From Spizellomyces punctatus DAOM BR117 (lineage: Eukaryota), in NCBI GenBank assembly GCA_000182565.2, contig KQ257458.1: 64,000 nucleotides of DNA; one strand, 5' to 3'. A model generated the notes under the pieces. That model worked only from the letters and a program-made list of their open reading frames with translations. It ran no database searches and had not been told where the DNA came from. The position numbers and the translations under genes were made by a program. Shown here one piece after another: positions 35,547 to 47,813 of this stretch; the first letter of the stretch is position 1; each line of letters begins with the position of its first letter.

Positions 35547-38500
35547 CTAGGTTCGCTTCTTCCTTCTACTTACTATATCAGGCACTAAGACGGTACCAAC
35601 AAGCCCGTAGCTTACCACAAACAGGATTATCTGAAAGACAATAAACGCGCTAGCTATGACGAAATGACTGATCGTTGTTCCAATTTCCAGCCAGCTGCCA
35701 CTGTCCCGCACGAGGAAGAAGAAGTTTAAGGTCATAACATCCGTTGTACTGAGAACCAGTAGGAAGAGACTGAAGGGAGGGAGTCTTAATGCACGCCCGA
35801 GGACGGCAAAAACGGAGCTCAGCAAGAAAAATGGAATCAGGATTTTGAGGATGAGCAACGCGCCCATTAGGAAGGGATTGAAGACGGTGGTAAAGCGGTA
35901 GACGCTTTCGAGGGAGAAGGAGCTGACGCTCGCGATATTACCGGTCCCAAAGAATGCGACGTTTATAAAACATAGGAAAAACCCAGCAACGCGCAAGTCC
36001 GATAATTTCAAAGTTCGTGGCGCACGGCTGGTTCCGTCCGGCGTTGCGTCCTATAACATTGCTTAGATAGCCTTGCAGCGACTGGGATTTGATTATGCTA
36101 CTTACTGCACTGTCATCCTCTAGCGCAGGATATTGCTCCGATTCCAGATATATAGATCTCTCCAGCAGAAGCCATGACAGTACGGTGCCTGAGAAGCAGA
36201 AGTAGAAAATGGCTTCGTATGATATGGTAAGGAGGATAAAGGCTGGCGCAAAAGCCAAATAGATCACAGTCAGTCGTCGAAGGTAGTGTTGAGCGTGCTG
36301 AGCACCATCAATGGTAAGGATGCCAACGAGAAGCACTAGGATGAAATGTGAGAATGAAGCCGAGGCGCGAGTCCAGATTCGCGTGCTACGGGGGACCCAC
36401 CAATAACGCCCCAACTAAAAATCTGGTTTAAGAATGGTAGCCCGGTCTTGGCCCGCAAGCGTAGCGTTGTGTCAGCGGTGACTAGGATGCTGATGGCGAT
36501 CAATAAAATCTTGTGGACGATTTGAGAAATTTTATAAATTCATTTGGACGTTGACTCCTCCATCTAAGAACTTACCTCCAGGACAACAATCCGCAGCAGC
36601 TTCTGAGGTTGCGGCCCGCCTCTATGTGACAAAGGGAGCTTCGTGATATGAGGGAGTCGAAACAGAGCAAATACACCCGAGGCCAATATCAGGGTTCCGC
36701 CAGCTAACCTATCAAACGGACATTGGGACCAGACACAAGACATACCTCGACTACAGCGTCACTTACACTAGTGATAGATCCTCGCCCTTTTCAACCGGAA
36801 GAAGGGGGAAGACGCTTGTGCCCAGGCAAAAAGCAGTCCACACCCAGACTAACCCAGAGTTCTCGCTACGCACACGTTTCGCCATCGTACGTGGCCACAG
36901 AACTCCCAGGAGCCAGAGGCAAACGGTCAATAGCTCGCGTCGAAAATAACTATACACCTAAATCTCAATTAGAGATATGAGATGTGGCGAGTGGCTGCGC
37001 ATTCACAATAAATACCAGGAGTTCCAGGCCTACAACGTAAAGAGCTATACCAGCCAGAGTCTTTATCCAGGTTGTTCGACTTGGCTGCGCCGTTCTCAGC
37101 AATGACACTATGAATGCACGTTGCTTGAAAACTTCTGCCCAGAAGAAAATCGGAAACGCAGTGTATGCGTAATAGAAAGCAGGTGCTTGTCTCCGGTGTA
37201 AAAGTGCGGCGAAGGCAAGAGCAATTACCACCGCAAGAATATTGACCTGGAAAGCGATGCCAGATGATGAGCAGAGGACTGAAGATTGTGCTATTCTTTC
37301 CTACCAACCCTACGTGGAAAATCCGAGCTTCCGTAGAGGGGCATCGGTTGCGCTTTGACTACATGCACAATACCCCTCCTGAGGATAAATATTGTGCTGT
37401 ATGCTATCCATCCTAGGTAGCCAAAGGAGATAATGGATCTCAAGAACAGCCAGTCGTATCTGTAAAACCTGACGGTCAGCCGGGGAACCAGTACTTGCAA
37501 TGTTTTGCCTTATCCATACGTTTGAAAATATCGCAGGCCTTGCAAAGATAATCGAATAAGCTGCGAACTTAGTCGGATAGCATCTGAATGCCTCAGTTGA
37601 CGGATTTCTGTTTCGATTGTCGTAATCAGTTCCTCATATCCTAACAAAGGGTGGAATTCCTTGAAAAAAGGCTCGGTTCTCTTTTTCGCATCTGCCTTAA
37701 CAAGATATTGTGACAATATCTGCTTTGCATTGGCAAACGCTGAAAGGGCTTGGGCGTGCACGGAAGCGGATAGGTATTGAAGGGGAAGGACACCCACGGA
37801 GTTCATAGGGAAGGGAAGACCAATTAAGGTGGACTGTGGATAGATATGAATATGTTTAGAGGATGAAGTGCAAGAAATGACCAGCAAGAAACGGATCCGA
37901 CCATCAGCGGAGCAATATCGGCCTGCTCGACATCCACGCGCTTAATATCAGACAATTGCCATGGTTTGGACAAATCATCGTGGCCTACTGGATGCGTCCG
38001 ATTTGGTGTAGCCACACCTGAGCCCCATGCAATAAGCGGAGTCTGTGTATTATCCGGATGACCGTCTCCGTGATTACCTTGGTGTAATTAACGTACATAT
38101 TTAGGTATCATCACATGCTCAGGCCCGCGAATTGCACATTATCTTACCACGGTTACTCATGCCATGGTCGGAAGTGAAGATATACGCAGTCCTTCCATCG
38201 TTGTCAAATAGACTCTCAAATTTCCTGACAACTTTTTGAAGCCCCTCATCCACCAGCTGAATGTTGTTCAAATATCTACAGCACGAACAGGTCAATACCA
38301 AGACGCCACAGCCGGTTTTCAGACATCAAAGCCGGTACGCACTCTTTAGAATAAGGTCGATATGCATGTCCATTTGTGTCAAGTCCCAAAAGACTAACAT
38401 GATTAGAACGTTTTACAAGTTATCACCTGGTGGTTATGGCGATCATTCACACTTACTGCAGGAAGATCACAATTCCTTGCTGGCGGATACGTGCTTCCAA

Positions 38501-39385
38501 GGTAGTATTGTGCTTCACACTGTCTAGGAATGCCTCAAATTTTTCGAATACCCAAGTGTCTAGTCCACTGGCATCTGCGCCGATTCATGCAGTTAGACAC
38601 AGCAATGTCCCATCTGCCATTCACACGTTACAAATCAACCTTCGGCAAAATCCTCGCTTTCAGCAGGATACATAAATGTTTCAACTTTGTTCTTATCGCT
38701 GGCTCCTTCAGCAAACATTGGTAGAATGTCGGGCGAACCGAACGACCACGTGTGCGTGCTTTGATTGAAGACAGAGTCGAAATTAACGGGGTTCATTTTC
38801 CAGCCTATGGCACTACGATATATAAGCAAGCAACTCCATCATTTACCCAGCCTTCTAACATCAATTCCGACATCACCTTTTGTAACTGCGCTGACATCTT
38901 CATAAAATCCAGCGATCAAAGCAACGTGGCCGGGTCGTGACTCGGTGGGGACACGGGTATGCGATACGCCCCATGTACCATGATGCTCAACTATACCACG
39001 TAGGAAGGGAGCACGTTCAAGACGATTCTCAAACAACTTATCCGCTCGAAGTCCGTCAGCTGAAATGATATCGTGAGCGTCATAGAGGTAGTCCTAAATC
39101 CATTATATGGGGTGACTTACCAACAACCAGTAACAGTCTCTTGGCGGGCGGAGGTTGCGGAGGCAGTACTGGAGTCATTCCATGCACTAGCGGAGATCGA
39201 AAATATATGTCGAATATCGACCATGAATAAATTACGTGGAAGAGTACTCTTGCAGGTACATAAGGTTAATGTCAGATCCTTATCTCCGTTTCTTGTAAAG
39301 TGAGGATACATTCTCCTTACCCAAGCGCTAGCAGTTTGCCCACCGTGACCCAAGAAGCCTTTGGGTTAGTGGTGGTCGTACTCAT
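35547..39385 (-). CDS. MCD4: GPI ethanolamine-phosphate transferase 1 (Mcd4/PIG-N)
   Basis: [81 protein letters not shown]; many introns. Confidence 0.95.
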
Positions 39386-39643
39386 CGCTATTGTCCCAAT
39401 GGACTCTGTTCTCTCCACAAGGCGATCCTGCTGAAAGGTCCCTCAAGTCATCAAGGCTTTGACACGCGTCAGGTTGGAACCCTCAAATGCAGCTGGTTTG
39501 ATCTGTCACATGTAAATCCATCCGCATTCGCACCATTTCCTCAGCAGGTTCCATTTGCACATGAAAGGTGGATTCAGTTAAGGTCTTGGGTGTGGACGCG
39601 AAGCAGTTTTGCCATCTTCAACGCAATCTGACCTTCGTCCATC

Positions 39644-41385
39644 ATGGCGCCGCCGAGAAAGCAAATAAATATTGGCTTCCCCATATTCGCTGTTGGGTTT
39701 ACCCCAAAGAAACCACGTATTGTAATAGGGGGCGGCGGCGGTGCTACACGAGCAGGGGTGAAGAATGCGATGGTATGCTTGGCGAAACTCCACATATTGT
39801 TGGACACATCACGTCACGAACACGCTAAAGTACCTTTTTCTCACAGATCCTCTACGATTTGAATCCTCTTACCCTGGATATGACACCTGTCGCTGAGCAC
39901 CAGTTTGGAAAAAAGGATGATGGTTGCATGAGCATCGCGGTGCATCCAAAGGTGCGGATAAGTTTGATGAAACGTCATACTGAACTGCCCAGAAGTAATT
40001 GCTCCATTGATAGGAGAAAGCATTTGTAGCTGGAGTAAACAGCCCTGAGGATCAAGTCGCAGAGGGAAGGAACGAAAACTGTCGGGTCTTCCATCTGAAA
40101 GGCGACCAGTAAGCTGAACGAAATGCTACCAACGGACGGCGGAATGTTTTTATATATATGTTCGGTCTCCAGGTTCATTCTGCGTGATACTCATAAGACA
40201 CTCGATAGCAAAGATCCGTTCTTCCATCAAGTAAGTATACCATTTCAATTTTCAAGAAGATATAGGGAAACTTAAAGACAGAGGATCTATAGAAAGTTGC
40301 ACGTTTTAGCCCGGACGGTAAACTCCTGGTGACAGGCACAACAGACGGCAAGGTAGCATAACGAACTCAATATCTGTAGTCACATAGATGACTCATCGTT
40401 GACATTCATCAAATAGCTTAGCCTTTGGACATGGCCAGACTTCCGGTCTGCGGTACCGGCTATCGACCACGGAGGAGAAATTTCGGACGCTGATTTCGAC
40501 CCATTTGGGAAACAGGTACTGGCGTTACAGATGATAGCATGTCGTGATCATCCTTTCTGATGTCGCAACCAGCTCGCATCGGTGACAGCGGACAAATGCT
40601 ACGTCACGGATACGTCGGACGGACGGACTGTCTGGTCCATAGAAAACCCGATGATGCAGAAGACCATTAAAAGCGCATTCCGTGCCTGCCGGTAGGTTTC
40701 CAACACCTTGAACGAAGTCTGATATCCAGTCGACTAATACAATGAGATGAAATTCAGGTTCGGGATAGCGGCATCACAAGGATACCTCTTCCTCGTAATC
40801 AACACAAAAGACCGCAAGAAATCATATATATGTAAATGGCAGACTTCAGGGTGGAAGCTTCACAGACAGAAGGCCATTTCGAACAAACCAACGACGTCAT
40901 TCGCCATCAGGTTCGTGTTTATGTATTCCAGCCAACGGTAATATTTATTAACTATATCTCATCACTGTCGCAGCGACAACGGCGAGCTACTGGGTTATGG
41001 ATCGGCGGATTTGAGCGTTAGTGTCATATCAGCTAAGGGTTTACAGGTGAGTCGTGCCAGTGTGGTAGATTCGTCGATTCTTGTATCTTACAAAGTTCGC
41101 GCAGAACGTGTATCGTGTGCCAAACGCGCACGGATTCCCCGTCACAACCCTTGCTTTTAGCCCCAATTCACAGTTACTGGTCAGCGGTTCCGCGGACGGT
41201 ACATGCCATATAGCCGTGGTCCCTCAAAGTTCAGGTACGAATGTTGCCGCGACGCTTCCGTGTGAGTCGTATTAATGAACGTAATGACAGGTTCGCTGTA
41301 TCTCATCCCTCTATGTCTCCTGGCCCTTTTCATGGTTGTTCTTTTAACGTATTTGGTCTTGCTGGAGGATGAACAAGAGCTGTAG
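39644..41385 (+). CDS. SEC12: Sec12/PREB WD40 GEF for Sar1
   Basis: K-loop VIGGGGGATRAGVKNA, WD40 blades, AHGFPVTTLAFSP...SGSADGT, C-terminal TM helix and EDEQEL*. Confidence 0.88.
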
Positions 41386-41483
41386 GCGAACGCCAGCATA
41401 CCGGCGGACTTTGCCATATTGCGGATGACCCATTTTTATGTAATAAATTATTCCTTCTGTATCATAGGATCGATCGTTTTCCA

Positions 41484-41972
41484 TTATTGCGTCCCCTGAG
41501 CTTGGAGTTTTTCCAACTTGTGTTCATATATTCTGGCCATACCACCCTTGCCAGACTCCTTGCAAAGATTCATTAGATTTTGTGTCACTTCTATCAAGCC
41601 ATTCTTTACTGGGTTGAGGTCACTACCCAGCGCGCCAACCTCCGGCGAGTCCGGTTCAGCGCGAGGTCCTTTTAGCTTCCCGTGGTTATGAGATCTGTTT
41701 CCAGCAACAGTTTGGTATAAATCGAGAGCCTGTAGATACTCCAGTTCTGCTTGTTTGTAATGCCCAAGAATGTGATGTGCTTTCCCCAGATTTGCGTGTG
41801 CAGCCGCGCGCTCAGCGTGGAGGGTTGTATTTGCTTGTGGATGGTTGTCCAACTGATGGCAAATCTTGAGATGCAGAATCAGAGCGGAATCTGCCATGGC
41901 TGGGGATTGACAAAACGTTTGTGAAGAGGCTGACCGCCATAATTTCATTTCCCTCTTGTATGACTGTGCCAT
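41484..41972 (-). CDS. Small TPR-repeat protein
   Basis: AAAHANLGKAHHILGHYKQAELEYLQALDLY fits the TPR consensus; start uncertain. Confidence 0.65.
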   Translation of the reverse strand: MAQSYKREMKLWRSASSQTFCQSPAMADSALILHLKICHQLDNHPQANTTLHAERAAAHANLGKAHHILGHYKQAELEYLQALDLYQTVAGNRSHNHGKLKGPRAEPDSPEVGALGSDLNPVKNGLIEVTQNLMNLCKESGKGGMARIYEHKLEKLQAQGTQ

Positions 41973-42091
41973 AACTGTGCCACTCTTTCGAGATGGGCGA
42001 ATAAACCGTTATGGGGATCGGGGCTGTCCTTTGTGCCTCTTACTTTTTTAGAAAATCATCGTACACGGCAAGACTTTCCATTGCGCCGATC

Positions 42092-43164
42092 ATGCCCTCC
42101 GCAAAGAGTTGCCTTGCAACAGCTGCAAGCGTCCTTTTCTTCGTTGCGGCTGCATCTGCACAGTCTCCAGCAATTGGGCAAACATGCAACCCAAAGGTCG
42201 ACTTCAACGGGTGTAACGGCCAGGACTTTTTGGTTTGTCAGGATGTTGGTGGGTGTAATGACCATTTCATGACTTTCAGTATAGGCGTATACTGACCAAT
42301 CATCTGCACTCTTTTTCAGGACGATGGATACTACAGAATAGGTATGGAATTGAGTCTGGCGCCCGATCTCAATTTTTGCTGACGGAACTTTAAAAACAGG
42401 TGTTCCACCGTCTGTACCAATGATGATGCCTTCAAGTCCTTGTGCTCGAACAATCAGCAAGTCGGTGCAGGTGGGGCCATATCCCCTTCCCCTTCCCCTT
42501 CCTCCCCGAATACCCAACTCCCTTCCACAGGCGCTCCTAGCGGTTCGACAACACCCTCGAATGGACCCACTCAATCCCCTTCGGGTACCAGTGCACCCTC
42601 TACATCGGGCGGCAACGATGGTAAATCCAATGCAGGAGCTATTGCAGGTGGTATCATAGGTGGTTTGGCTGGGGTCGCCTTGTTGCTCGGCGGTGTGTTC
42701 TTCTATCGGCGCCGATCGGGAAAACCGACGGCAGCGACCGCAACCGCAGCAACTCTCTCAGCTTCGGGAAAACGCCAAGAAGAAGGATTGATAATGACTC
42801 AAGGCGGATCATCGTCTTCGACTTTGGGTCCTGGAACGCTTAATGTGACATCTGTCCTGGAAAAGAAATATGGTAAGGTTATCCCGCAATGATGGGGTTT
42901 TCTCTGAGACTAAGTACTGCTTTGTCCAGTCGTTCGACATGATTACGAACCTGCAGCCGAAGATGAGATTAAGTTAACTGTGGGCGATCGCATTCGCTTA
43001 GACTTGCTGTTTAACGACGGTAAGCTCACGAATACAGTTTTAGATGCAATCCCATTCGCCTATGGTTCTGACGCAATCTATTTTCTGCAGGCTGGGCAAA
43101 GGGAACCAACGAGGACACTGGAAAACAGGGTTTGCTTCCTGTGGCATGTCTCCAAGAGGCCTGA
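42092..43164 (+). CDS. Type-I membrane protein: signal peptide, Cys-rich module, S/T/P stalk, TM, SH3
   Basis: MPSAKSCLATAASVLFFVAAASA signal; CNPKVDFNGCNGQDFLVC...CSTVC...LC; GAIAGGIIGG TM followed by RRR; SH3 YVVRHDYEPAAEDEIKL...DGWAKG...GLLPVACL. Confidence 0.82.
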
Positions 43165-43416
43165 GTGCTCCTTTCATCTCTTCATTGGAACCCGCATCTT
43201 CATGATTCAACTGTTCTGGATAGAATCTGTACTATTTCCGTTTCCCCTTAGCTATTAGGGACCAACATTAATCATTTTTAAGAGTAGAATAGTGGACTTT
43301 AATGTTTATATATGTAGATAAAGTTCAAATTTCGATCGTTCAATCCATATCGCAAAACCCGTGTTCCACCTGGCTTGCGTTGGAATTCATCTGAACGCGG
43401 TCGCGTCCATGTCCAA

Positions 43417-44442
43417 ATGTCAAAACTCTTCTCTCTACTAGAGTTGATTCGTCTCGCAGATTCACTGCCCCGGTCCGTGGAGCAGCTCATAGCTACATCC
43501 CCGTCCTCCACAATAGGACTTCCACTCCTTGTCGGGCCCAATGACACGCAGATCGGCATCATTCGGCCGTCTATACTAGAGCATATATCGCAATATGGCA
43601 CCGTATTTCAGATTGGTCCAACAGCCGTACGTCTTAACCCCGACCTAGACACGCCCCAGGCCAGAACAGATGCGGTGGAAGCTGTATTACGGCAGCTGCA
43701 GACGGTGGACGATCCCGAACTTGTGTGCTTGAAGGGATGGCGAAATGAACGTTACGATGTTCACGGCGATAGGAAAAAAGAGGAAGGCATTCTCATGGAG
43801 CTGGAGAGGGCTGCAGCCGGCGTATTAGGCGTGCGATCTTATGGATGTCATATGAACGGGTATCAGCGGGATCCGCAAACTGGGGAGATGAAAATGTGGA
43901 TTGCACGCCGTAGCAAGACGAAACAAACGTATCCCGGAATGTTGGATAATTTGGTTGGTGGCGGGCTAGCAGCGGGGGTTGATCCACTTTCCAACATTAT
44001 CAAAGAGTGCTGGGAAGAGGCTGGACTAGATGGTGCGATGGTTGCCAAAAATATTGTCAATGTAGGTGCGGTGACGTTCTACTTGGTTAATGAGGAAAGA
44101 GGATGGATTCCTACGACCGAATATGTGTATGATCTTGACGTGGGGAATAGCTTCATGCCAAAGGCTGTGGATGGGGAAGTGCAAGGGTTCCAGTTGTTGA
44201 ACGTGGACGAGGTGTGTTGAAGAAGTGTGCAACTCTCTTGACATCCATGATGACTGATTGCCATTCCAAAGCTCAAAGAGCATCTCTACAGTGGTGAATT
44301 TACGCCAGAGGCGGGTTTGGTGGTTATCGACTTTCTGATCCGCCACGGATTCGTGACTGCCATGAATGAACCTGATTATATAGATATCCTTTCAGGGATG
44401 CATAGAGAACTCGTGTCTCCCGGACCACAGTATGGTCTATGA
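43417..44442 (+). CDS. Nudix hydrolase (YJR142W/NUDT20-like, thiamine-diphosphate-related)
   Basis: GWRNERY, MERAA-like motif ELERAAAG, YGCHMNGY, WIARRSKTKQTYPGMLDNLVGGG, Nudix box KECWEEAGL, DGEVQGF; intron at about 44212-44270. Confidence 0.9.
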
Positions 44443-44621
44443 ACAATGTTCATTGATGTAGAGTATGTACAGGAATCCAGATTTTGGAAAATATGCTCCA
44501 GTCTAACATGTAGAAAGAAAATATCAAACGATCGCATCTATAAAGTTCTCCTCTGTCGTAGATTACGTCCACAGGATGTAACTGCCAAAGGGTTGTGTAA
44601 AGTGATAAGCGATTTACCGGT

Positions 44622-45770
44622 CTAACCAGGTTTGTCGGTTGCATCGTCTGCGTTGGGGGTAGCTGAGTCAACGCCTGCTTTTGTAACTCGCTCAAAACTG
44701 GTTACGGTGGGTCCACCCCAAATGATTTTGACTATGGGCTTGATGCCTTTAAAATGAGTAGGATCAGTGGATAGTTGGCCCAGCGTTCTACAAAACACGA
44801 ACCGCACCTTTTCGTCGACACGCAGCTCTTGTCCGCACACGCGGCGATGCCTGTGCCATGGGTTGTTCCAATAATTTTGGTGGGATATATTTGGGCTTTG
44901 ACTTCTTCTTGATAGCTTTGGTCGCTTTGGAGTGCGGAAGCGCTTTCCCTTGTATAGATTCGCATCCGGTGCGAGATGTGGCGGGACTATTATCCAGGGG
45001 CAGGATATTGCTCAATTCGACTACTGGTGTCAGTGGATCACGGCGGCGCGTTGGCGAGGTGTCTGATATTTGGCGGGGTTGTTTAGGAGTGTCAGACTTC
45101 CGGCAAGCAGGAACTGTTTGTCGAGGCTCGGGTGAGCTTGTCAGTGTGGGAGAGATTGTGGTCCTTGATGCAGAGTCTCTTGTCACCGTTTCGGTAGATG
45201 TCGACCCCCGCTGGACATCAATTATTTCATCGGATGTCCCAATATCTTCGCGTACATCTTGCTGATGCGTTTTGGTACCAGCTAAAGCTGGCGCGTTTTT
45301 GTAGTCGGCGGTTATAGCAAACGGTCGTTCCTTTATTCTGTGTGTTCTACTCCAGCTTTAGCGTTTGACCCTCAGACGTGTTATATCAAGTGCTTACGAA
45401 CCCAGCGCCTCTTCTTCTAGCTGCTGCCTTTGCTAGATATTTGTCGTTCTTGACGTCAGAAGGTTGCAGGCTAGTCCGGCTCACTGCTACCGGAGAGGGT
45501 GGTTGAGCGGCAACCTTAATGGCAAAGTGGCGATCTTTGGTCTGATGTGTCCTATCCACGACATTCAATTAGATCCACATATGTGAGGAGACATGTTCAT
45601 TAAAAAGGCTCACGCATACCCTGTCCCTCTTCTTCGCGCGGCCAGTTTGGCTTTGTACTTGTCGGCAAGACCAACCTTGGCTGGAAGCGTGGCGAGATGT
45701 ACATTCTTTAGATATCACACAGATGCCAGACTTTTGCCGTTACAAAACAACGAACCTTGCATGTTCGCAT
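44622..45770 (-). CDS. Hypothetical protein with a duplicated AARRRG(T/A)GTH motif (Ame1/CENP-U N-terminus-like)
   Basis: Five-exon model from ATG 45770; introns 45552-45619 and 45347-45401 both fall in the same Gly codon of the repeat; S/T-P-rich body. Confidence 0.6.
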
Positions 45771-45951
45771 TGTTAAGCACATGCCGTGCTAGTGTGGGCG
45801 ACTCTGGCAGTTCCATGGTCGATGCCAAATTTACAGAGGAAAGCATCTCGCGTCTCGAACGCGTTCACCAAACACTGTCATAGCAACAACTTACTGCGCA
45901 CGGCCACTGCCCTCCTCGTCTTCCCGTTCTTTTGCTGATCTTGTACCAAGA

Positions 45952-47736
45952 ATGATGACGCAAGTCTATCCGCGAGAAAGCCGCCTGATAGTTCTGGAGC
46001 CGGGCACATTCCAAACAAAGGCAGGTTATGTAGATCAAGCAACGCTCTCCGTGGTGGTAAGGCGATATCTCTCATCTTTCAAGATTGTACAGCTTTGCTC
46101 ACATGTGAGAGTCAGAATGTACCTTCAATAGCAGGAGCGAAAGTCCGACGACGTCAACAAAATGCTGCAGAATCCTTACTCGCCGATAGCATAAGCGCAA
46201 AGACCACGGAAGATGCAGTGAAAGAGGAACCGACTCCAGAGGACACTGCAACGCCAATGGAAATTCAAGAACCGCCTAGCTCAGCGGCAAGTGTTACGGA
46301 GACAGGTGTAGATGAATCCAATGAGGTTGAAGAAGAGGAGTTTGAGACAGTGTATGTTGCGGGGGCCTCCCTCGCGACTGAACAAGCTGAGCCAAAGGAT
46401 ACGCCAGAATGGAAGGTGGTGAAACCAATTCGGAATGGATTGGTAGAAGATTGGGATGCTCTTTCTGGATTATGGTCTGTTGAAGCGCCGATTTCTGAAC
46501 AGAATTTACACCTCGCGGTGCTTACCTAGTGCTTCTAGGCAGCACATTCTTCTCCGGGAATTGCCAACCGCGATGAAACGCTCGCGCAACGATTGGTCTG
46601 TTATGCTTACGGTTCCCATGTCCTGGAGCAAAGAAGATCATAAACGTGCGACACAGATAATGTTTGAAGACATGAACATTTTGGCATTTTCCATAATTGA
46701 GCAACCACTTGCTGCTTTGTACGGCTGCAACGTCACGACTGGATTGGTCATTGATATCGGCCACGAGACTACAGGTTTATAATCGAATCTGTATTCATAT
46801 TATCGAAATCTCACTGAGCCTAATATTCGGTCAAATGCAGATGTTACGCCGATCATTGACAACATCATCATAAGACACGCCTACAAGACTATTCCACTCG
46901 GGGGACGTGATATAGAACATCGAATGGCGCAACTACTTAGAGAGGATGTGACTACAATGGCCGAACTGGGGGACATTGGCATGAATGAGGATATAGCGCG
47001 TATCATCAAGGAATCTGATGCATGTGAGGTCAAGCCACAGAGCGGATGGAGCGCGGAGGGGGAGGAGCAAAGAGTGACCGTAGAGGTCAAGGGGAAACAG
47101 GTCAGCATGTGAAAACAAAACTCTCGTCCGATTGATCACCGTTAACGAGCATACTGCAGATCAGCATCGGTTCAGCGCGTCATCGATCAACGGATATCCT
47201 CTTTGATCCAATCGCCGCCGGAAAGCATACATTGAGCATCCAAGAATTGTGCTATCTAGCAGTGACGGAGGCTTGCGAGCCAGAAAGACGGACGTCTTTG
47301 TGGGACAATTTGGTGCTCACAGGTGGATGCTCACTGCTCAAAGGAGTGAAACAGCGCCTGGAGGCAGAAATTGGATCACTTATTGCAGCTTCAGAGACTT
47401 CCAATGAGTTCCAGGCGAAAGATATCAAGTGGGTCAATATGCCAGACTATTTTACCGCGTATAAGGATAGGCTACAAGACGCTTCTTATGTTGGAGCGTC
47501 GGTCGTCGCAAAGGTCAGCCCGGGTTTGCAGTTAAACATGTTAACATTCCGTTTTTAAACCAGTCTCCTGCGATCGTTACAGATCATCTTCTTGGGATCA
47601 TCATTCGGATATCTGACAAAGGTATTTTTTCTTTTCTAATCTGCATCTACGGAGTCTCGTCATCTCATTCATATTTTCAATTTTTTAGGCTGATTACAAT
47701 GAGATTGGTCCAGCAGCAATTTATCTGAAGGCGTAA
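45952..47736 (+). CDS. ARP9: Nuclear actin-related protein, Arp9-like (SWI/SNF/RSC)
   Basis: IVLEPG, KPIRNGLVEDWDAL, VMLTVPMSWS, IEQPLAALYG, GLVIDIGHETTDVTPI, LWDNLVLTGGCS, YVGASVVAK, DYNEIGP. Confidence 0.75.
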
Positions 47737-47813
47737 GGTGGCAGCTGGATCTCTCACTCCTGCATGTATAGAGTAGAGCGACGAATGATTGTATATACGA
47801 ATAATAAATTTAA

